Position numbers and translations under genes: made by a program. This document shows, in pieces, positions 28,417 to 37,909 of a stretch of DNA of 64,000 nt (the stretch's first letter is position 1; each line of letters begins with the position of its first letter). Below the pieces are notes generated by a model that did no database searches, was not told the origin of the DNA, and saw only the letters and a list, made by a program, of their open reading frames with translations. Source of the stretch: Owenia fusiformis (Eukaryota). The stretch spans positions 36,394,001 through 36,458,000 of the forward strand of contig CAIIXF020000001.1 in NCBI GenBank assembly GCA_903813345.2, read 5' to 3'.

Positions 28417-28928
28417 GTAAGTAAATTGGCTTTTTCTACAAATTTTTTAATTCACCCTTTTCTCACCCATCAGTCATGAAAAACAGATTTTTGTTTTCTT
28501 AACTTGCTAAAATCAAATGATATCAAAATTCTTCCTTGGAAATTGCTTTAATGATTATAGAATTTTTGAATAGCAGATAACTTATTGAAAAATATTGAGG
28601 AATTTTGCCCTGCAGCCAAAGTTATGAAAAATTGCTCCTTGTGCATTTATACATTTTCTAAAATCATTTTTAGCTATGCATGCTGTAGCACATGGTTCCT
28701 AACTAGGCGAAATATTCCTCTTATCATTGAATGGTGCTTTAGAGCTGCAATTTTCTTATTTTAAAATTGCTGTTATTTGATTTGTCATAGTCATTTTAAA
28801 ATAAGATTGGTAAGGGAAAACTTTTAAAAAAATTATTGTTAAAGATTTCACGGGAACACTGATCCCTCGTATGCCATAGTAAAATCTTAAAAAGTGCATC
28901 TATTTTAATGTTAATTTTGACATTAAAG

Positions 28929-29054
28929 GTGAATGCAGTGCCCACATCTGTGACAATGTACTGTGTGCAAATGGAGGGACCTGCCAGGCTAGGGCAGCTG
29001 ATGACTACATATGCCTGTGTCAACTAGGCACCATAGGGAGACACTGTGAAGAGA
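28929..29054 (+). CDS. EGFLAM-like: Exon: EGF domain
   Basis: Acceptor ttaaAG, donor GTAAGG; phase 1-1; [41 protein letters not shown]. Confidence 0.92.
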
Positions 29055-31474
29055 GTAAGGAGACCTGATTTTTTTGTTTAATCACCAAGAAGTGGTGACA
29101 TAAATACATGTATAATATTGTTATAGCCTACATATTCTTTGTGACTGGCATTTGTCATCTGTGTCAGTGCTCGTTACACTTTTCCAGGTGGTGACAATTT
29201 GTCATGCTAAATGCCCTCTTTTATTCATCTTTGAAGTTATTTTCACATATTCAAAACAGCTGACTTGGAAAACAATATAATGAAATTGTCATCAGAGGTA
29301 TTTTTGGGATACCTCCTCTCTTTAGGGAAAGGAGGAAAAAATTGAACATAAGGTGGGCAATATTGTGACATTCAAAGGTTTGATGAACAGAATAGAGAGG
29401 GATCTTTACTTAACTGGGATATCACCCTGAATAAGAAAACACAACATTACATGATATTTGATGATTCATATAATTGCTCCTCAATTTCTCCTTTTATCTG
29501 TTTGTATGATTCTTTGGTCAACAAATGTGATCGAAAAGATGACACATCTAATTCTGAAGGAAGCATTGGCTCAATGAGAAGCATTTTTTGACCTTTGCAT
29601 TATAACTATGTGTACCAACTTTTGTGTAATAAGGCATGTATTTTATAGCCCATGGGGCATTTATTGAAAGTGCTAATGAAAAACACCAAGGACCTCTATT
29701 ACATGGTCTTATTACAAAAAAAGTTAGTATTAAAGGTTCTTTTGCTTTTGTTGCTAGAATCCTAAAATATTAACATTTTTGTTTTACTCTAGCTTTTTGC
29801 ATTGAAAAGTATATTTGGTGTTATTTGTATTCAGAAAGAGAAATAATACATGGTAATAAAACCATGGTTAATTTTAAGTTATTCTTCATATAAGTAAGAC
29901 AAACATATTTTGCTTCAAATAGATCCAAAATGAATGACTATTTGTTTTTATTTAGAAACACTAATCAATTGCAAGTCATTTATTTTGCATCAATCAATGT
30001 CAGTATTTATAAATATCCAAAATTGAAATGTTCACAATAACAGAAAAATAATATGATCTCCCCGAGTGTTGTGGATATTTATGATTTTGAAACAGTTTTT
30101 GAAAACCTTGCAACTAATTCTAGAGTATGATCATATATATATAACTTTCTTATTTAACCCATTCCTAGGGCCTGAAGGTAGACGTTTGTAGTATTGTAAT
30201 GTGACACACACTGTAACTGTCTTTAATGATAAGTTTATAGGGATACTAGATACATGAGCATTTGGCAATTATTCAAATTTTGAAACCAATAGCAAAATTT
30301 ACATTAAATCTTTGTTCCAATCGATGACTCAATATTCATAATACTTTTGAATATAATTTTAAAGACAATTAAACTAAAACTGGAATATGTACTCTGGTTT
30401 TGTCGAAATTTAGTCTTAAACTTTATCATAACATGCCTTTGAATATTGTCACATGCTAAAACTTGTTATTCAGCAGTTTTATGTAATTACTTATTGCTGC
30501 ACTTTTCTTTTATTATGTAACATCCACAGTCTGTCGTAATTAATGCGAAATGTACACTTGAATTGAAAATGAATGTTATTGTTTAGAGGGCTTTGATTTG
30601 ATATTTAAGAAAAAAAGTTTGGTTATAGGAGTTAGTTTTAAGTTACAGTTTGAGTACAGCGACAATTTACTAATGTTGTTTATCATTGGTTAGAAAAAGT
30701 CTTGCATCTAGGCCTTGTGATCCCTCCCTCTAATATACCCCACACCTCCACAAGTTTAGACTTGAATAAAGCAGATAGGGGGTGGGGGTGGGGGGTTGAG
30801 GCAAAACTAGTTCCAAATATTTATACATGTTATTGTTGGCATGCATATGTTAATTTAATTTTATCTAGATGATATTGTACAGTTATTGTAATTATTGTAT
30901 TGTTCTCGCTCATATTATAAGTTAACAAACAGTTCTTTTATAGGGCACTGTAACTGACATCGAATTTCAAAATAAAATATATAGGGTGGTTCCAAAGCCT
31001 TAAATGCAATGTCATATTTTAGACCACACTGTACATGTAGTGTATGTTTGATGTTCTACTGTACATGTATAGCTATCAATAGCAGCACATTCCTAAATGT
31101 ATTTGTTTCCCTTTCCATTTGATATATATTCATATACTAGATTTAAATCCGCTTAATAAAGTCCATACTAGATTTGAAAATCTGATAAAATCTAATAATT
31201 CAGCACTACTGTATTATATTCATAAATAAACTAGGTAATGATATTTTTGGTTGATCATTTAGGAGATTTTAATATGATATCATATTCTAAAATATATAGA
31301 TTCTTACTAGTGATTATATAAAATATTGACATTTAATTACATCCAATTATGTAGTTCAGAAAAAATGGTCATAGACCCACACATAAGCATAACTCAGTTA
31401 GCTCTATCTAATCTAATGTAATATTAAATGTAATATAATATTTTATATTTTATACATTAATTTTGTTTCTCCAG

Positions 31475-31712
31475 AAATCGAGATCCATGTCCCGAAGTTC
31501 CATGGTAACTCATATCTACAATACAATGGCTTAAGGCGCACAGCCCTGACTTACACCGATATTGATATTGTCTTTAAACCAGAGAAGAGGGATGGACTTA
31601 TACTTTACAATGGCTATACACTTGACAGAACTGGTGATTTCATATCACTGGCCTTGCAAGATGGATTTGTTGAATTTCGATTTGATTTAGGCACAGGCCC
31701 AGCAATTATAAG
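31475..31712 (+). CDS. EGFLAM-like: Exon: laminin G domain 2, N-terminal part
   Basis: Acceptor ctccAG, donor GTAGGA; phase 1-2; VPKFHGNSYLQY...VFKPEKRDGLILYNG...GDFISLALQDGFVEFRFDLGTGPAIIR. Confidence 0.94.
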
Positions 31713-32032
31713 GTAGGATATAAAATATTCTAGTCACACATCAAATAATATGGCATACTTTTGATGGAACTGTTTGTATAGTAGAGAATATTTTCATACA
31801 TAGAACTAAAACTTAAGTACGTGTGTGAATATAACTAAAAATGAACACCTCAAAATGGCACCATTATCTGGTCCACATTTCTTGGATATCCCATTGATTC
31901 CACTGTTTCTGGAGTCTCCTAAGTGTACATTTCTCAATGAGAGTATTATACCTGTAGTATACCTGTGTTCACAACTACTTGTAGTGTTCAATTGTGACGT
32001 GTTTTACTATGCATAATTCGAATTCATTTTAG

Positions 32033-32261
32033 GAGCAAAGAAGTCATTGATCTTGGCAAGTGGCATGAAGTGAAGATCTCTCGTACTGGACGTGAAGGCT
32101 ACATGCAGGTTGATAAACAGGATAGGGTGGAGGGGATGTCTATGGGGGCTTACGTTCAGCTCACTCTCCTACAAGACTTGTTTCTAGGGGGACATAGGAA
32201 CTTTGACGAAACCAATAAATACACAGCTGCTACAGATGGATTCACTGGATGTATACAGAAA
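32033..32261 (+). CDS. EGFLAM-like: Exon: laminin G domain 2, C-terminal part
   Basis: Acceptor ttttAG, donor GTGAGA; phase 2-0; SKEVIDLGKWHEVKISRTGREG...LFLGG...GFTGCIQK. Confidence 0.94.
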
Positions 32262-32739
32262 GTGAGAAATTTTAAAAGTAATAGTGATTTTGAGATGAAC
32301 TCTTACTCATTCATTTATATCAGAATGTGGTACAGAGTAAAGCTACAAAGACAAAACACAGCAAAAAACACATTTAAGAGTCAAAAGAAAACAGTGAACT
32401 AAGTACCAGTGCATTAACATTATACATTTATGTTATTTCATAAAACCATCATATACATTTTCTAAGCAGATAAACTATGATACTATAGTATATTGGGAGA
32501 ATGTTTTATTTCCAAACATTGTTGTTAGCTGTTTGTGATTTTAAAGAAAATAAAAAGCCTCGTACCAGCCCTCTGCCAAAACAAAATAATGCAAAACATA
32601 AAATATAATTTTTTAGAACCAAGTAACATATTTTTATAAGATGCATACATATAGAATAATCCATATCCTATGTATGCCTTGGAACAGTTTGACAACAATT
32701 TCCTTTAATTTTAAATCTTATAGTATTAATCATTTTCAG

Positions 32740-32920
32740 GTAACAATAAATGACAAACCTCTAAAGTTGTTTGATGAGCTATTCTATGGTATAAATGTAG
32801 AGAACTGTGACCATCCATGTGTTACACAGCCATGTATCAATGGTGGCCACTGTGTGCCTTTCAAGGACTTCTACAAGTGTAGCTGCCCATTGGGCTTTGA
32901 GAGTGAGCAGTGTGAATTCA
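32740..32920 (+). CDS. EGFLAM-like: Exon: end of laminin G domain 2 plus EGF domain
   Basis: Acceptor tttcAG, donor GTAAGT; phase 0-1; VTINDKPL...NVENCDHPCVTQPCINGGHCVPFKDFYKCSCPLGFESEQCEF. Confidence 0.93.
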
Positions 32921-33342
32921 GTAAGTGCATTAAGGCTCCTGCATACATCACCACTGTGATTAAAGACTCTTCCTTCACTCCTAACATCTTCTTTGTGGCT
33001 AGAGAATCCTGTTCCTCTCCCAGCTTCTACATTGAAATTAAATGTGTCCGGCCCAAATCCTTCTGTTTCACTCTTACAATCATATAAAAGCTCTCCATGG
33101 ACAATGTAAATCCTAGTTTTTCTTAAGTCCTCGTAATGATCAAAGACACAAACAAAAGCTCTTTACTTACTCTTTTAAGTCTGCTTTCCAAACAAAGAAA
33201 AATATCAAAAAATATGAAGCCTCAAAAATATGGGGAAGCATTTTGTTTTATAATAATTTCAAGTTGACAAGTAAATATTGATAAATAATAAAAAAAAATA
33301 TGTGAATACTATAACTCAGACAGTCTGCATCTTTATTTACAG

Positions 33343-33421
33343 GAGTTAGTGAACCCATATTAGTGCCAATGTTCCAAGGGGAGAGTTATTTGCTTTATTC
33401 TGATAAAGAACTCAATGAAAG
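33343..33421 (+). CDS. EGFLAM-like: Exon: start of laminin G domain 3
   Basis: Acceptor ttacAG, donor GTAGGT; 79 nt, phase 1-2; RVSEPILVPMFQGESYLLYSDKELNER. Confidence 0.9.
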
Positions 33422-33950
33422 GTAGGTTTATATACCACATGCAATATACTACCATTATTTTTCATTAAAAATATCTTTAACATTTAGTATCTCTTATGTG
33501 GACAAGGTAAATATGTATGATGTATGATCTATCCATAGCTATCAAGAATTAAATACCATAAGTCCATGTGACGTTACAGTAATGGTAATTGTTGTGGGGT
33601 GTGGGTCAGAGTCTCAGTGCCTAGATTTAACCTTATTGGACTTCATATTTGAAGATCCAGTTTTCACTGTTGTTAAATGTTGATGTCAAATAAGATCATG
33701 CTCGAATGTCAATGAGTAAAACCCCTACTTGCATGTTAAGCAGAATTAGTTTTGAAAATACTAGGTAATCAGACTTTTTCTGCCATTTGTTATTATAAAA
33801 TTGCAAACAAACATGTCAAGGAAATCATATTTCCATAAATGATTGTAAAATAGGTCCCCAACAAAGAATTAATCTATAGTAATAATTTGTGTGTGGATGA
33901 CCACACAAAAGTCAATGTAGTAAAGTTGTACACATCTAATTTCCTACCAG

Positions 33951-34066
33951 GGTGGCAGGAAACAAGATAGACATCCAAATTAAGATGAAGACATCAACTC
34001 CTGATGGTTTGATATTCTGGAGCTCCCATGGGGACCTGTCATCATCAGCAGATTATATAGCATTAG
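33951..34066 (+). CDS. EGFLAM-like: Exon: laminin G domain 3
   Basis: Acceptor taccAG, donor GTATGT; phase 2-1; VAGNKIDIQIKMKTSTPDGLIFWSSHGDLSSSADYIALG. Confidence 0.92.
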
Positions 34067-34088
34067 GTATGTAGTTAATAATGATGTA

Positions 34089-34234
34089 CGGTAAAACCTG
34101 TACAAGTGGAACACCTTAGGTAACTCAAAATAGTGGTCCATATTCAAGGTGTTCAACCAACAGATGCCTTGGAAGTTTTCCACTTACAGAGGTGTTCTAT
34201 TCACAGAGGTTTTTCTACTTTAGAGGATTTACTG
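34089..34234. mobile_element. pogo/Tigger-like MITE in intron
   Basis: TA|cggtaaaacct...aggatttactg|TA; related fragments near 2820 and 36500-36650. Confidence 0.6.
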
Positions 34235-34365
34235 TACTATTAAATTAGATCTTTGAAAATAAATGATAGATTTTTTTATAAGATCAGAAAAAGTAATTAG
34301 CTTAAGAAACTTATCCTTAAACCTACAGAGTGGAAATAGCATTGATGATAATATGTTTATTTTAG

Positions 34366-34480
34366 GGCTATCTGGGGGACATATTAGGTTTAGCTATAAC
34401 CTTGGTAGTGGTGAAGTAATCATACAGGACAACCACACACGTATTGATGATGGCAAATGGCACAAGATAAAGGCTCAGAG
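34366..34480 (+). CDS. EGFLAM-like: Exon: laminin G domain 3
   Basis: Acceptor ttttAG, donor GTAAGG; phase 1-2; LSGGHIRFSYNLGSGEVIIQDNHTRIDDGKWHKIKAQR. Confidence 0.93.
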
Positions 34481-34922
34481 GTAAGGATCACTACAAGATT
34501 CAGGATTATTGAGTTGAAGTGGTACCCTATCATTGAAGCCTCCATTTTTGTGACAAGGAGTCACCAATTTGTATTTATTTTTTTGTGGACAGTTTTCGGC
34601 ATTTTGTGGTCAGGATCTATAACAAATGACAGGTGGTGACATTTTGCATATTAATGCCTTGCTGGTTGTTATTGTTCAGCATCTGTAACAAATTGTTGCA
34701 GATTTGAATCCAATTTTTGCAGCCAGGTGATGGCATTTTGTTATGTAAACGCCTTGTTAATACGTATGTATTTCCATCCAGCTTATCTTTTCAAAATGAA
34801 AGCTCGAGGTATACATACACTTACTTTATTAACATAGATGGCATTAATCAGGACTCTGCATCTACTGTATTAGGATAATAAGTAAATAACAGTGTATTCT
34901 TATGTTCATCTTGTACTTTCAG

Positions 34923-35026
34923 AGTAAACCAGATAGGGTATGTAGAGATAGATGGCAAAGATGTAGTGGAGGGCACATCACCGGGGAGATTAAAGCAGTT
35001 ACAGACAGATGGTGCTCTTTATATAG
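34923..35026 (+). CDS. EGFLAM-like: Exon: laminin G domain 3
   Basis: Acceptor tttcAG, donor GTAATT; phase 2-1; VNQIGYVEIDGKDVVEGTSPGRLKQLQTDGALYIG. Confidence 0.93.
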
Positions 35027-35219
35027 GTAATTATAAAGTATACAAAAATCATCATTGATATTGCTGGTCAGAAATACATAATATGTGATATGTCTACAAT
35101 TTCAATATGAGAGTAAAAATTCCACACCAGGTATGTTTTCTAATTATGATTTTATTTTGTTAAACTAATGATAATACAAATAAATTGCATCATACAAAAC
35201 TGCTGTAAAATCATTTTTT

Positions 35220-35413
35220 CACCCAGTCATTGGTGTATTTTGCAGGTGGCATTCCAGACATGGTGCATAGGACACACTCAGTAATTGGTATATTTAATTG
35301 GTATATTTTGCAGGTGGCATTCCAGACATGGTGCATAGGACACACCCAGTAATTGGTATATTTAATTGGTATATTTTGCAGGTGGCATTCCAGACATGGT
35401 GCATAGGACACAC
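35220..35413 (+). repeat. 68-bp period tandem repeat, 3 copies, spanning the last acceptor junction
   Basis: ttttgcAG|gtggcattccagacatggtgcataggacacac repeats, with acceptor AGs at 35244-45, 35312-13 and 35380-81. Confidence 0.97.
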
Positions 35414-35530
35414 CGCAAGTATACAAAAGGCTTTATAGGTTGTATACATCAACTGACCCTGGCTACAGACTATCATGTACAGCTCACAGGGGAGGCATCC
35501 GATGGACAGAATATTCAGCCTTGTTCTTAA
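35382..35530 (+). CDS. EGFLAM-like: Terminal coding exon: end of laminin G domain 3 and stop codon
   Basis: Uses the third acceptor of the tandem array (AG 35380-81); GIPDMVHRTHRKYTKGFIGCIHQLTLATDYHVQLTGEASDGQNIQPCS*. The GCI..TL.TDYH...A.DG.NI..C ending resembles the vertebrate pikachurin C-terminus (from recall). The 14 exons total 2450 nt, which with 1 upstream nt gives a whole number of codons. Confidence 0.9.
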
Positions 35531-36382
35531 CATTCACCACCTAAGAGGTCAACCTTATTCTTAATAACTCTATTGACAAAAGGATGCAATTGATGGATAA
35601 AATATCCAGCCATGAATATTCTGAATAACCAGCCATCCTCTAAACAGCCTCAAGGGGAGATGGCTAATGGATAGAACTCCAAGCTTCTTTGTCAGATCAT
35701 GGGATATTCACTCATGATATCATCAGTCATGTGATCATTGTGTTCAAACATGAACTTACTAAGCTTCAACTTACAAACTAAGTATTATTTGCCAGTTGGC
35801 ACTCAGAAATTATTTTACATTCTGGAAGTGTTCTTTTTATTTCAAAACTAAATTTCCAACCAATGAATATGGAGCAACTTATACCGTGAGAATCAAGATG
35901 CATGTAAGAGCATTAATGCATAAATATTGAGCATAATCCAAAACTGTTATTTTAAATGCAAAGCAATTTTAAAATACCAATAACCTCATTTCAAAGGGCA
36001 ATATATATTGTATATTGGACCAAGGGCCGAAGGGGAACATTACCGGGCTGAAATATTCATTTTGGCCCACCACTATGATGTCACATATTGCTCAGGTCAA
36101 TAAAATATGAGCCTAAAAACTAGTACTTATACCCTAAGAACAGGCAGACATGAAGAATTTCAAAAGCTTCAGGGGCTCTTTCCATTTTTTATTAATCATT
36201 TTGAACCCTTTTCAATATCCCCAGTTGAAATTTCATTTGGCAAAATGTTTGAGAAACTATGTAAATATATTTTGTAAAACATTGTCATATCTTCATTTTG
36301 CCGAGATTATATTAAACTTTAGTATGTCAACATTTTTACATGTTCAGTTGGTGTGTGGTCTTAGTGTATTAAAAAATGAGTT

Positions 36383-36505
36383 TTGCTGTAAAAGGACCAC
36401 CCTACCAGGAGATTTTTTACATTTGCTGTAAAAGGACCACCCTACCAGGAGATCTTTTAAATTTGCTATAAAAGGACCACCCTACCAGAAGATCTTTTAC
36501 ATTTG
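36383..36505. repeat. 41-bp tandem repeat, 3 copies
   Basis: tgctgtaaaaggaccaccctaccaggagattttttacatt repeated. Confidence 0.92.
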
Positions 36506-36730
36506 ATGGTACATTAATTTGGTACCTCAAAATAGTGTTCTACTTGGAACGGATACCACTTACATACATGTACATGTATGTTCACTTTGTATTGCTGATG
36601 ACAGGACTTTGAAAGCTTTGACTTAATAGGTGTTTCACAGGTTTTACTGTTAGTATATTCTGAGAATAACAGAAGATGTCATAGTGATATAACACTGGAG
36701 AGACTCGGCCAATTTACAACTAATGTAGTA

Positions 36731-36803
36731 CACCCCTCTTCATAAGTGTGGCAACTAGAGGTCCCAGTTTGGATCACCAGTTGCCAAACTTATGGAGGGA
36801 GTG
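36731..36803. mobile_element. 73-bp minimal Tc1/mariner-type MITE
   Basis: TA|cacccctcttcataagtgtggcaact...agttgccaaacttatggagggagtg|TA; same TIR family as 54821-56353. Confidence 0.75.
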
Positions 36804-37745
36804 TACATAGTATTGTCACTAGAGGGTCATGTACTATATAGGGTTGTATTATCTCAACACCATGGACACAAATAGCGAAAGTAGTGTTTTTTTGTCTACT
36901 AGATAGAATAAACATTATAAGTATGATATAATATATAAATATTATTAAATATGTATAAATTATTGAATTTTGTACATTTTGTATATATTATAAATGTATG
37001 TCTTATGCGAGTGCAATAGAATCATATAATTACATCAACACCAAGCATCAGAAATGATGCTGTTCTTTAAACGCTTATTGTACAGTTCTTATATAATACA
37101 ATAAATATGTCTGGTGAAAATGTAACTCATTGTGAATTTTGTCATTTGATTATGTCTTACAAAATAAGATCTGTTGTATTTATATCTTGTAAGAAATTAT
37201 GACTGGAACAATAAACTGAAAGTTCTTGGTGTTCACATAATAGTTTACAATTTGCATATGTTACAACTCTCAGTTCGTATGTTATCAAATAATATGTGAT
37301 TCTCATCACACACGTCACAATATATGTATGTGACTAATAGCTTGAAAAACAGCAAATCCGCGGATTAGGGAATCCCAAAGAATAAAACATATTTTATCAA
37401 AATCACTCATCAGTAGCCCATAGAATTTTGCACCAAATTCAATCACTGGTGTTGAACATTAAGATAGAATACCCTTATTGGCATATTTACTTATTGATAT
37501 TCGGTCTAAAACATGTATTTCAATTAATTTCTTGTATTTGTTATGTTTTTTAATGATTTTACACTACTCTATTCGCTGGGATGTGAAGTTTAGTCAATTA
37601 AGAAAAACGCTTTTTTGTTATTGAAATTCGAGTGAACGTGATACTGGGATAAGATATGCATATTTCTAATTGTACTTTGATTTATAGCATTGGCCTTATT
37701 TGTCGCCAAAATAACTAGACATACGGTACATCAAAACTGTTCCGG

Positions 37746-37909
37746 TGTCAACGTTTATATAGACCGTCCTGGAAAATATTGTCCGGGACTATATTATCTA
37801 GAATAACAAGGCCGATGGACTATATTTCCTTAGTTATTTAGTCCGTTTGCTAGAACTGGGTGTCTGGGGTGGACTTTAAGTACCAAAATATGGTCTCTAA
37901 CTTGTCACA
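37746..37909. mobile_element. Ginger-like MITE (TGT...ACA termini, CCGG TSD)
   Basis: ccgg|TGTCA...GTCACA|ccgg; internal ggactatatt/atatagtcc repeats. Confidence 0.6.

Larger units (their letters stand above)
35531..37230 (+). other. Probable 3' UTR with candidate polyadenylation signals
   Basis: AATAAA at 36907 and near 37100 and 37210; CpG content rises just downstream. Transcript end is inferred. Confidence 0.45.

Noticed and set aside
30777..30801. G-run cluster resembling a G-quadruplex
   Set aside because: G/C homopolymer runs are common in this window, mostly from decayed GC-rich MITEs; nothing supports a function.
33343..34066. Calling the gene agrin, with a z/B-site microexon in the intron early in LamG3
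   Set aside because: Single EGF between LamG1 and LamG2 and a pikachurin-type C-terminus; no convincing microexon seen in 33422-33950.
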